A stretch of DNA of 64,000 nt, from the NCBI GenBank assembly GCA_050273025.1, contig CP158636.1, forward strand, positions 8,680,001 through 8,744,000, read 5' to 3'. Both the position numbers and the translations under genes were made by a program. Position 1 is the stretch's first letter. Every line of letters begins with the position of its first letter. The notes beneath the pieces are model-generated. The model saw only the letters and a program-made list of their open reading frames with translations, made no database searches and was not told the DNA's origin. The stretch is from Cenococcum geophilum. Lineage: Eukaryota. Shown piece after piece: positions 26,706-39,700 of this stretch.

Positions 26706-26946
26706 CCCCCTAGACGAATTATAAAATCCTAGTCACTATATCTATTTTATTAAATACTAAAATGGAATTAGATAATAACAGACTAATAATAAAATAAAAA
26801 GCGATAAAGAATAATAAGATAAGCGCGTAATGACTAGGAAAGGTCCTATATATAAAAAACGTATAGTTCTAAATTTACCAGTTATATGCCTTTTTATTAG
26901 TATTAGAGGGTTAGTATAGGATTCTTATATAAGCAAGGCGACTTAC

Positions 26947-29468
26947 CTAGCGGTGCCTCTTAATTAGATGCCATACGCCATATATAAGGGCTGCGTGATT
27001 TTTAAAATGCTTAAGTCCTTTAATTTACTCTAAATAACAAGGATGCTTATAGTAGAACCCCTACCTAAACACTTCTTCTGCAACGTAATTATTAAGATAC
27101 TTTTATAGTATATCCTTCTTCGCAAATAGGCGGGTCTGCCTTAGCATTAAGAGTTAGTTATTGCTGATATAGATAAGGTAAATAAGATTAGTAAACGTTA
27201 TAGGATACGGCAGCTGTATTATCTTAATACCCTCTTCCTTAATTAGGACCGCGCTCTGTGTCTTATTCGGGTTTTCTTAAAAAGGCGAGTCTAAGCTAAT
27301 CTATTCTTTCTGCCGCTTTGCCTATTAATAGGTACTAGTATTAGTATCACTTATACCTCTTTTTACGCCTATTATACTTTAGTCTACTTTAGACCTAAGT
27401 TAAAATCTAATAGCCTTGCTTAGGATCCCATTCTACTAGCTCTCTTGTTAATTATAATACTTAACAAAATTACGGATAAACTTTATACGGAGTTTTATAG
27501 CGTGCCCTTCTTTAAGCTTATTTAGCGGCTAAGACAGCAGTTTAGTAATAGCAGCATGTTTACAAAATTTATACTATATAGCTATATAGGTAGAAATGTC
27601 TGTCCCAACGCTACCACTAAGCTATCTTTTAATATTGTAATTGTTAATAGCGTTATAAAAATTAAAAATAACCTAGTCCTCTTTTTATTTGCGTAGAATG
27701 TTTATAATACTATAAAGTTTATATCTAGCTTTATTATAACGGTTATATAGTTTCATTCCCTTTACAGTGTTAATAGGGTAATATCCTCAGCTTTTAATCT
27801 TTTACTTATATCGCTCTCGTTTCTTATAAAGCTGCAAAATATTAGGGTATTAATTAAGTTTTAACTGGAATTTAAGTTTCTACTCATTAGTTAGACCTAT
27901 AGGGGCCCACTTATCCCTTAAGATCCCTATCCATATAGCATATTAGATAAGGTCGTCCTATAATAGAGTCCTAAAGTAGATTAACTAGAAATTGCGCTTA
28001 ATTAAATTAGGTAAATAAAACCGTTAGTAGGTATTACCGTAATAACCTATTATTTAATTTTGCTCTTCTAAAGTAAGGGTGCCTAGAAAGCTTAGTTAAT
28101 AAATACACTTATATTAAATTAAACACTTACTATTTAATTTCCTTCTGGACGCTTGTTGCAGCTAATAAAGTTTAAGCGATTATTTAAACCTAGCCACTCG
28201 GCCTAACCATATATAGTGATCGCGGCATTTTTAGTAAGGGAATGCTTTAGTGTCCGACACTCCCCTATAACTAGCTATTATCTTAATATCTTAAAAAATA
28301 GGTCGTTCCTCTATCTCCTTCTTAACTTCACTTTAAGACTCTCTTTATTTGCTAGGATTTTAAGTTTAAAAATCTCTTTAGGTAAAGTATAATAGCGTTA
28401 AAATATATTATCCGCAATAGCAAGGCTTATAAGATAGAATAGGATATAAAAAGCTAGGATGCTTTTAAGACGGAAAATAAACCTCTTACTATAGGTCTAT
28501 TAGTGCCATTCGTGCTATCTTTAATCGGCGTCGCTATATACCATCTGCCTTTACCTTTAGAATTCTTAATATATATAAGACTTATAAGGGCAATAGTTAT
28601 AGTTTAATTAAAGTTTTTCGCATCGCGAACTTTTAGGATTATAATATATTTATATAAAAGCGCTTTATTGGAGCCTCTTACGCTTAAACTTTTAATAAGA
28701 GCTTAGGGTCTTATTGCCGTGGCACTAGAGAGGAGGAGGATTGCTCCTATTTGCACTTAAAAACGACTATAGCAAGGCTTCGCGTCTATTGTCTAATAGG
28801 CATTAATAATTATATATAAGTCCTATATATACATTACATTCTTTTCTTTCTCTAATGTGTCTAGCTTATATATTAGCGTTAAGTAGGTTAGAATCCACTA
28901 TAACAAATTAGCAAAGTTTTTATTTTAAAAAATCGAAGATCGCCCTATATCTTGTATATTAAGTTCTGCGCTATTGTTTATACTATAGCCTACTATATCT
29001 ATAAATTTATACAGCATTTATCTCCAGTACGCCTTAATCGCGCTTTCCTTCTTAATTTGAGAATTCTTTACGCGCTATTTAAGGTATGTTTTAAATATAT
29101 CGGCTATACACTAATAAAGGGCCTCGGTTAGGTTAGACTTAACTTTTAGGCAAAACCTAAATATAAATTATTAGTATTATAAGGTAAATTTTAGTTTAAA
29201 TATAAACAAACTTTTCCTAGTTCTAGAACTTACGCTTAATAAGAGAAGTAGACCAGGGCTTCCGTTTTAACTTCGCTCTTTCTTAATCCTTATAATACGC
29301 AATCCTCTGCCGTAAATATTCCCCCTTAGAATTAGCGTCTTCCCTAGCTCTAGAGTTAGAGCTTAAATCTAAGTCTAAAGCTAGCTTAAAATAAGACGGC
29401 TTGCCTAGTTTTAAGTCTAAGCTAGAGGCTAAATCTATATTTTGCTATTTCTTGCTTTAAGAGGGCAT
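26947..29468 (-). pseudogene. Starship captain, DUF3435 tyrosine recombinase, RIP-inactivated
   Basis: De-RIP motifs: acidic N-terminus; RFRVQIGAILLLSGATATRP.ALIES..RGSNKAL.YE and LVHIKNSKGKGR (28550-28780); LRRASGRKLN, intron, EERNQIMGH.GDTYQRFYLP.LI.RDFQSIYFGTP (27960-28170); C-terminal CLICIGN...C.HPCC...HFKNHAALVHG. There are about three introns. Confidence 0.9.
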
Positions 29469-30024
29469 AGTAGTTAAACGCGTGGTGTCTTAGTGTGCTT
29501 TAGTAGCTGCCAGTTACCTAGCTTAAAAGCGACTGCTATTAATAGGAACGCTAAAAAAGGCTCTACGGGAGATAGGCGTTCTTAAGAGCGGGACAGGGTA
29601 AAAAAACCCCGTAAGTAGAAACCTAGAAATCAAGTATTAGGGGTAAACAATATAATAGCAGGGGAATGTGCATACGTAGCTACTGTGGGAAAAGGGTTAA
29701 AAGAGCGTAGTATAGAAAGGAGGTTTTGTTATATAAGGGTAGTGCTTTTAGCGGAGGATAAGGATAAAGGTGGAGACAGGATTAGGTAGGCGGTGGTTTA
29801 TAGCTTCTTAAATAGTCGCCAAGGGACGTTTGGGGCTTTAAGAGGTGCGTTATAGGGCTATAGCGCTTCTAAGTTTGGTAAGGGAGACCCTGCCGCCCTT
29901 GGCATGCTTAGCACGTTGTAAAAGCGGCAATAGACATGGGTCTAAGCGAGGAGAAACTACCTCCTAAAACGGGGGGTAGGAACCTCTAAATCCGGCTGCG
30001 TCTTCCCCAACAACAAGATTCTAG

Positions 30025-30735
30025 TAGTTATTAAAGTATTTATATATAGTAATTAGGTAGAATTAATATACTATTTAATATAGTATAATATATAAAACGG
30101 TAATAGTATAATATATTAGAAATAGGGTAGATCTACTAATAGCTATAGGTACTACTAATATCTAAGCCTACGTCTAAAGTCTCTTAAGGATATAATTCTT
30201 TTTAGTATCTAAATTTATTCCCTTCTTATTATATATTTTACGTTTAGGCGTTCTTAACTAAAGGGAGTTATTATAGTAACTATAACAGGAGCCTTTATCG
30301 GTATTAGCAGTAATTAAAGCGTTAGGCTTGGCAAAATACTTATATAATGTTTTCTTAATACACTCGTAATTATTATATAACTAGAAAAACTTATCTCTTA
30401 TCTCTATACGCTTCTACTTATCTTCCTTTTTACCTCCCTACTTTAACTAGATAGTATTACTGGCTAATAAGTTATCTAAGTTTATAGAATTAACTAACGG
30501 TAATTAGGATCCGCGTAATAGTAATAGCTAAAAGGTAAAAGAGGAGTAGGATAATAGTGCGTAAAACTATTACTGTTGGCGAGAATTTAAACGGTATACT
30601 GCCTTCGGCTTTAGCTATAGGAGTAGGTCTTATTTACTAAAGTACTAGTGTTTAAATAAAAAGATTACTTTAGCCCTTTTACTATTATAACTAGCTTAAC
30701 TACCACGCTATAGAAAAAAAGAGAAATATTATTTA
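30025..30735 (-). pseudogene. RecQ-like SF2 helicase, 3' part (motif VI and Cys-rich region)
   Basis: De-RIP reads LQRGGRAGRDG and EC....YKYF.EP......CCSYCN. In frame with the 5' part across the copia TSD. Confidence 0.8.
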
Positions 30736-33700
30736 TATTGGGAATAAAGGCAAGTGGTCACCATATAAGGCAAATTGCCATTACGGGTGGCAAGTTGCCA
30801 TTACGGGTGGCAAGTTGCCGTTACGTGTCGCCGCGGCAGTAGCGTGGTGAGGAGCCTTAAGCTCCTCGCCCTCCCTAATATATACAATAATAATTATTAT
30901 TATACTATCTACGAACCGTAGCTATGTAATATCCCCTTATGTAACCAACACTAATTAGTAGTTAACTTTACTGTTATACTACAGAATAGCTAGGTATTCC
31001 ACTAAAAAGAGACGAGCTACTATACCAGTGCTACTTATGCTAAAGGAAGCTATCTTTTAAGGTTAGAACTAGTCCTAAACCTTAAATAGAACTCTTTTAT
31101 AAATCTAAGGATTTAAAGGCTAGAACTGGTCTTAAGCCTTTTTAAGATTATAGATTCTTGCGTCCATTATATAGAATAACACGCTTTATAAGTCTTCGCG
31201 ATTTAAGGCTAGAACTAGTCTTAAGCCCTATAACCGCAAATATATATTATAAACGCGTACTAAACAATAAACGCGTACTAAATAATAAATATATATTACG
31301 AACGCGTACTAAATAACTATCCCTACACTAATAATACTTCCCTCCCTCCAAAAACATGGCTACGCCTACCTTAAATAACTAAAAAGACTCCTTACTACTA
31401 GGGGTAACTAAGCATATAAAACTTATTAATAAAGATTAGGATAAATTCGCCTTTAATATAACAACTTATACCGTAAAATAAGTTAACAGCTTTCTTCTAT
31501 ACTATATTATATTTTACTAAAATAGATATTATACCAACTTATAACTATAGAAGTATTTTAGGGAGGATTTTATAGGATAGACTACTAATACCTAGGTACT
31601 TAGCAACGTTAATATTATTTAGGACTTTTAAGACTTCCTCTATAGAAATAGGGTATATATTACTAAGAACGGTAACCTAATTACTAGTAATATTTAGGCC
31701 ATTATTACTAGTATAGAAGAACTAATATAGATAAAAGCTAAGATTATACGTTAACTATAAAAACCTAAAAACAACCTATATTCTTTAGAAGGTAACTTTA
31801 ATTTATATTAAAACCCCTAGAACGCTAACCCCCTACCTAAAGCTACTCTCCTACCTAAAGGTGCTCTCCTACTTAGAGTTACTCCGCCTCTACCTCCTCT
31901 ACTTTAGCTAACTAGTAAGCTTTTACTATAAGAAGTTACGAATCTAATAAAGGTATATTCGGATAAAGAGAAAAAGTTTAAAAGAGAACTATATAATATA
32001 CTTAGAGCAAAACTATAGGTTTTTTATAACTATTATAATAAGGTTAGAATTTAACGCTACTAGTACTATTACGCTTTCTCTATTATGTTAAAGGGACAGG
32101 CGGTAATATTCTATTATAACTATATTACGGGTAAAAACTATAACTTTAATACAATACTTTAGCTTACTAAAGCCCACTTTAAGACTAATAAGAATCGCTA
32201 ACTGTTAGCGACTCAGTCAATCGAGGCATGAGTACGGCAAGAGGGACGCGTAAGCCTATACGATTGGTAGTCTATAAACGAGGATCTAAAGCTAGAGAAA
32301 GGAAAGGAGAAGAAGAGCAGCGCTGGTCGAAGTAGGGTTCTTTTTATACGGTCTTCTAGTCACGTGACCGCGAAGTTCTGCTAAGTTCTGCTAACCAAGT
32401 TCTGCCAACCAAGTTCTGCTAGTGCCGTAACATTACCCCCCCCTCCGCAAAAGCCTGCCCTTAGGCTTTATAGTCCGTATTATGCTTACGGGGCGTTCTT
32501 ATCTTTATGTTCTTCCGGTAGCTTATCGTCTTCGCTATACCAGCACTCCATCTACTCGTCTAGGTACTTTAGGGGTCCTGGTTTATTAGGGTAGCGGTTA
32601 TGGAATTCTTAAAGCTTATAGGGACTGCTAATAAAGTTCTATATAGGGTACTAGGTAGAATCTAGGTTATAGCCTTTCTAACTAACGCGGTACTTTAGCG
32701 TTTTCCTTACTAGTTTATAGGCTAGTACTTCTTTAATTTCCCATTCGTTGTCGCCATTGACTTAAATTAGTAGGGGAGGTTCGTTCTTTTATCTAGGCAA
32801 TGGGTTATTTATAGCTTTCCATAGCTTATCCGGCGAGAAAACGGGGTAAACCTTAATTAAATCCGGGAGCTTTACTTTATACGAGTTACCTATCTTCTTA
32901 AGGACCTTATACGGTCCCGCTATTTAATAGTCTAGCTTACGGCTAGGCCGTTCCGTCTTCTAGTTCTTTGTTATAACCTAGACCATATCGCCTACGGTAA
33001 AGTTAGGTTCGCGCCTATACTTATTTGCCTACTGTTCCATTAATTTCTAGGCCTTTTTTAGATTTATATAAGCTACCGTCCAGGCTTCCTTTAAGCGCTT
33101 GGTGTACTGCTGGGCTTCCTTATAAGACAGTTTCTCGCGTACGGTCTGTGGTCCTTCTGGTCTATCCTAGTTAAAGCTTGTTTAGGGTAAATACCCTATT
33201 TCTAGTTAGATAGGTGCAAATCCCGTAGAGTTATAGGGTAGGGTCGCCTGGGCGTAGTCCATTAGGGGTAGTAGTTTGCCCTAGTTATCCTAAAAGTAGT
33301 TAATAAAAGGCCGGAGTCTCTAATCTAAATATTAATTTACAATCTCCGTCTAGCCGTCTATTTGGGGGTGGTATACTATAGAGAGCTTTAGCCTAATACT
33401 TAGGATCTAGGTAAACTCGTTCCAGAAGGCTAATATAAATTACGGGCCGCGATCGGATATAATAGTATCTGGTGGTCCGTAAATGCGGTAGATATAGTGG
33501 ATATACAGTCGGGCCGCCTCCTTAGCATTAATATTCTTATAATAGGGAATTAAGAACGGGCGCTTACTAAAGCGGTTAACTAGAATTATAACCATATTAT
33601 ATCCGTCGCGGTCTATTAGTAGCTTATAAAAGTCTATAGAGATATGCTGCTAGGGGCGGTCGGGTATCAGGAGAGGTTTCAATAGTCCTAGGGTCTTATC

Positions 33701-36700
33701 TCGTGGAATTGTAGATCTACGGCAGCTGTCGCAGTTCCGTACATAACGGTTAATATCTATAATTATTCTGGGCCAGTAGTAGCGGTTACTAATAATCTTA
33801 CGGGTCTTATTTTTTCTAGGGTAGGCTGTAGAGACCTAGGTATAAGCTTCGGCAATAAGCCGGGTCTGTAAGTTCTGTTTTTTAGCTACTACTAGCCGTT
33901 CCTAGTGCTTAAGTAGTCCGTTTTTGAGGGACTATAGGCTAATAACATTTTTTGCCTTTTTACGGTATTCCTATAGAGAGGGGGTTATTTGGTTAGCCTA
34001 TAGTAGTTTATTAATAAGGTTAAGTTCGGAGGAGTTAATAGAATATATTTTAGCGCCTAAGGAGTCTATACTTAGTTCTGCCCATATTTAGGGGTTAAGG
34101 TGTTCTAGTTATAGTAGCGTCTGGGTCCGTAGTGAGATCTTTATAGCTGTCTAGTTATCTAGGTCTTACTCGTGCCTTATAAGAGCGTCCGTATAGTTTA
34201 TAGCGCCTAGTCTATATATAATTAAGAAGTTAAATTAAGATAGGGTATCCGCCTAGCGTGCTTACTGGGCTGTAAGGGCCTTAGTTATTATAAAGTATTC
34301 TAGGGCCTTATAATCTAAAACTACCTTAATCGGCTTAGGGGTCCCCTCTAGCTATATACGCTAGTGCTAAAAGCTAGAGATAATAGCCAGCATTTCTTTA
34401 TTATAGATGTGGTAATTTAGCTCGGCATCTATTATAGTCTTCAAATAGTATATAATAGGGTGCCACTCTCCGTCCGGTTGCTTCTGGGAAAAAATACTAG
34501 CTATCGCGCTATCTAAGGCATTAGTTTCTAGCATTAAGGGCCGTTCTGGGTTAAAATGGGCAAGTAGGGGAGCCGATACCAGCCGTTTCTTAAGCTTATT
34601 AAAGGCCTGCCTATATATGGCGTTAAAGTAGAAGGGCTGGTCTTTTCTAGTAAGATAGTTAAGAGGCCAGGCGATCCTGCTGTAGTTCTTAATAAAGTGT
34701 CGGTAGAAGTTATAAAACCCTAAAAAGGATTATACCCCCTTTACGGTCCGTGGGGGTGCCCACTAGTTAATTACGGCCGTTTTCTTTAGGTCGGTTTTAA
34801 TTCCGTCCGTACTAATAATAAAACCTAGGTACTTTATATGCTTAACACTAAACTCTAACTTCTTAATGTTAACCTGGAGGCTAGCCTCGCGGAGCCGTTA
34901 TAGGACTTTATAGACGTACTCCTTGTGTTCTAGCTCGTTCTTAAAGTAGATTATAATATTATCTAAATAGGCCATATAGAAATCGTTAAGGTAGTTAAAG
35001 AGTACATCGTTTATGTACCGCTAGTACGTAGCTAGTCCGTTAGTCAGTCTAAAAGGGAGTACTTTATATTTATACGTTCTGTAACGGGTCCGAAATGTAA
35101 TAAGATCTTTAGACCTAGGGTCTATCCTAATTCGGTAGAAGGCCTAGCGGATATTAAGCTTTATAAAGACCTTAGCTCTACTTATTTGGGCCAGAGTCTT
35201 ATTAAGTAGGGGCAGCGGATAGCGATCCTTGCGGGTTATATTATTTAGCTTATAGTAGTTAATGCAGAAGCGGAGTCCTCTATTTAGCTTTTTAACAAAG
35301 AGAATAGGTAAGGCAAAAGGGGCTTAGCTAGGCTTAATAAAGCCCTTATTTAGGTTATTAATAAGATACTACTTTGTGGCCTACAATTCGGTAATAGACT
35401 ACTTATAGAGGGGGCTAAAACTAAGGGTGTTTTCTTTGCTTAATCTTAATCTTATAGTTATACGGTCGGTGAGGTAGAAGTATATTAGACACTGCTTTAG
35501 AGAATATATCCTTAAATTTCTAGTGTTAATAGGGTAGCTTTTATTCTACTAGTTCCTTATTTATAAGCTCGCTTTCTTATCCGCTAAGCTTATTTCCCTT
35601 TTCCTTAATTATTTAATTAATTTTGTATAAGCTCGTTGTAAAGGCAACAGTATTAGGCTAAATTAAGTTCTGGTAGAATCCTATAGCACCAATACAGCAG
35701 ACATTAACTAGTAGGAGGTCTGCTAGTTTCCTTACAGCCGTTTTCCGGACCGTATTTTACGGTTTAGGGTTTATAATCTTTCTTAGCTCCTATTCTATCT
35801 TCCGCAGGTTATCCCTCCAATCTATTAGTTTAGTATAACGTCTAATATCCCTTACTATTCTTTATGGCTGTATAGGGCCTAAGCTCTCCATGGGGGGCTT
35901 TTTTAGGTCACTACTAACTTCCTAGGTCTTTAATGCGGGTAGCGTGATATGGGTAGTCTAGGGGCGATATAGTATACGGATCCGTTACGAATTAAGCTAT
36001 ATATCTTTCTCAAAGGCCTAGTCCCTACGTACAGCATTAGCCTAGTAAATAGTATTAATCTAGGGCTATATAAGGTTTTCTATTATAATGCTAATTTTTT
36101 TTATAAAGGAAGGGGTTAGGGGTAGGGTTTTAGGCTAGGTAAGCCGTCTACTCTATACGTTAAGCTGTAAGCCTAAATAGGCTAGCTATTTTCGCCCTAA
36201 GATTATATCGTGGCTACCTAGGTCCGTAATAAGGAAGGGGGTATTATACTACCTTTGTCCATTAACACGGAGGTAAATCCGTAAGATAGTTGTAATGGGT
36301 GGTCCTATCCGCCTATTATACCCGCGGATAGGAATTAGTTTAGGCAGTTCTTTAATAGGTACATTTAGAAAGTTAGCTAGCTTTACGGCACACTAGGTGT
36401 CTATTAAGGCGAAGGTATTTGCTCTAGAGTTAGCTAAAGTAGAGGTTAAAACTTGGTATTTATTGCGGAATAAAGTATAAGGGATAGTGCAGCTTCTTCT
36501 ACTAACTAGCCAACCCAGATTAACATCTAACATATTAATCCCTTTTAACCCTAAAGAGGAGTCTTCCTCTAGGGTTCCTCTTTTTCTAACTCTGTGCTAT
36601 CCTTCTAGATTAATAGAACCTCGTCCGCTTTCGCGTTTGTTAGGTAATCCTTTATATAGTAACCTTTCTATCTACAAGAGAAGCAAGCTCCTTAATCACT

Positions 36701-39700
36701 AAGGGCCTGTATATGGGGGTTACTATACATAGGCTAAGCATTCGCCGGACCTATGGCAGGGCTGGCCGCACGGCTAGCTGCTGAATTGGCAGTAGGCTGT
36801 ATAGGTGGTGCTATAGGGGTTGCCGATCGTGCTGGGGCATTGCGGGCCATTCTTATATTGCTTATTATCTGATTTAAAGGGTTTTTAGCTTTATACCGTT
36901 CGGCATATGCCTTAATTCGGCGGAGGCCTTAGTTAATAGCTAAGCACTAGTCCGTAAGTTCCTTTAGCGTCTATATAGTAGTAAAAACTGGCAATACGGC
37001 TCGCTGTAGGTCTAGGGTAAGCTTGTTAAATAGGTCTGGCATTAGATCTTCCTGGGGAATTCGAGCCTAGCTAGCTAGGTGCAGAAAGCGGGTCTAAAAG
37101 GCCGAGAAGGTCTTTGTTATTTTTATGTTTAGGCTTTTATAATTAAGTCGGGCGTTCTATACTTTAAAGGGGTCCTTATAAATAGAAGACAGGTGGACGA
37201 TCATCTCTTCTTTAGAGAGGAAGGGCTCTGCCAAGTCCTATGCGTACCGCGAACGTAGGTACGTCTATACGTCCCCGCCGGTACGGCCGAAGACGTAGGC
37301 CATTTTAGCCCAAGTAGTAGGGAAGTAGTCCGTATTAACTTTAAGCTTATCCTGCAATTAAAGCTTCTAATTATTAAATATAGGGTCGGTTCCGTCTATA
37401 AGTAATAGGGGGTTTGCGACCTTTGCGGACTGTAATAATACTAATGCTATATATTAGGCTAGAGCCTTAAGGACCATAGCAAGTCTCTAGGTGTTTAATA
37501 ATTCCTTACTAGGCGTAGGGGGTTCTCTAGCTTTAAGCAGCTCTTAAAGTCGTTTAATTTCGGCATTAGCTGCTGTAAGCTCTACTTAGGAGTTTAAGTT
37601 AGTTACTATTTTACTATTGGAGGTATTTAAGGGTCCTACAGCTGCTTTGCCGGCTGCTGTATTTCTTAGCATCGTGGTATAGTTGTTAGGGTAACCTCTG
37701 GTAGGATTCTACAGGGGTTCTGGTCTGTGCGTATTCTATAGGTCTTATTATTCTTTTCTATTCTTCTAGTTCTAGTAATATTCTTTAGGTCTAATTCTAT
37801 ATTCTATTCTAGTTTGTGGTCCGTAGATATATTTAAGTTCCTTCTTAAGAAGAAAGGGTAGTTAAGCTTTAGATAATATTAGCGACTTAGTTAATTAAGG
37901 CACAAGCACAGCAAGAGGGACGCGCAAGCCTATACAATTAGTAGTCTATAAACGAGGATCTAAAGCTAGAAAAAGGAAAGGAGAAGAAGAGCAGCGCTAG
38001 TCGAAGTAGGGTTCTTTTTATGCGGTCTTCTAGTCACGTGACCGCGAAGTTCTGCCAAGTTCTGCCAACCAAGTTCTGCTAGTGCTGTAATACTAACTTT
38101 ATATATCCGAATAGTGGGAGACTATATTTTAAAGAGTTATTACTTCTAACCTAACAAAGACTTATTTAGAGTGCCTTTAACTACTTTTTAATAAACTTTA
38201 AAAAATCTAATATAGCTTTACTAAAACTTACTAAAATAAGAATAGCCTAAGGGACTAGGTTATCTTAGCATGCTATAGCGTTCTTAAGTATAACTTAGCC
38301 CTATATAAACCTATAGATACGTTTAAAGAAGTATATACTAAGCTATGCTCTGCTATAGGTACTACGATGCAAATATAAGAATTTTAATAGTTCTATACTA
38401 AAAACCCTACCTAACTAAATATTCCTAACTAACATAATTATAACTAAACTAATTAAATATATAGTAGCCGCGGTAGGGAATATAGAAGAGGGTATAATTA
38501 ATATTAACTATAAGGTAATTATAGAGGTCCTTATAGAGGTTTATTTTAAAGTAATTACTAGAAGAAATGCTATATTTATAAGAAGCTAAATTACTAGTTA
38601 ACTAGACACTCCCTTAATAAGTAAAAAGAGGCATATAATAAGTTTCGTTAGAGTATAAGAAATATCGAAAATTATAAGGTTACTATAGCCTACTTCTAAA
38701 GCTTCCTAGTTTAATATAAAGGCGTAAAAGACCTTAAGGGTAAGGTTAATAAGACCGAATAGCTCCTTATAGATATAGAAATTAAGGACTACTTACCTAA
38801 CTAATACTTTACTAAGTATGGTAAGGTAAATAGCATATAAACCATTACTGTCCTTAATAATTAATCTACGCTCCATTCTATTATAAAGTTAGATATCTTT
38901 AATAAGCTAAAGGAGAGCTCCGCGTTTTCCTTTAACAATAGATACTTAGCGAATATCTTTTATAGTATTATACTGGATACTAGAGCCGCAGGAGTATCTA
39001 TAGTAAAAGAACCTTAAGTTTAAGCCCTTTAGCAGCTTAATAGCTCTATTTAAATTAACTATTTAATAGTAGGCTAGTATATAATTCATTTTAGTAAAGG
39101 TATTATAATCTCTCTTAGTACAATTAGGGTTTAAACCCCCTTAGGGTATATTAGTTTTTATATTATTTCTATAAATACTCTATTTCTATTTTACATTAAA
39201 GATATAAATAAGTTAGGCGTTAGGCTTAACAACCTTAAGAATATACTTATTTAGGAAGACAATTAGGTACCTATTATACATAAGTAGGGTTACCCCTAGT
39301 TGCTCCTTTATTAACTAGAAAAGAGTATTACTTAAAGCTATTTAACTAAGTTGGAATTACGCTAACTATACTATCGTTTTAGCCACCTATCTATTTATTA
39401 ATTACTTAGGGTTCTTTAGCGAGTAGGCTATAAAGTTAAGGTTAAGGCAATTAAGCATTTTATAAAGTATTGCCATTACTGCTAAATAAACTAGAAGTCC
39501 CCTAGCTAATTTAAGTTTACCCTTAAGAATAACTACAACTTTAACTTCTATATTATTATTAACGTTATATATCTTAGCGGCAAGCTAGTACTCTAAGTTA
39601 TTAACTTCTTAACCTTCTTCTAAGCCGCGCGTTTCTTAAAAGATATATTAGCTAGAAATATATAGAAGACCCTTTAGTTATACTAGATTAATATCTATTT

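Larger units (their letters stand above)
1..30025 (-). mobile_element. Starship-type giant transposon, RIP-inactivated; 3' end probably lies beyond the left edge of the window
   Basis: A DUF3435 captain is the first gene, starting ~550 bp inside a junction where an unrelated helicase reading frame breaks off. It is followed by a string of RIP-mutated non-TE cargo genes. The far boundary was not found. Confidence 0.75.
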
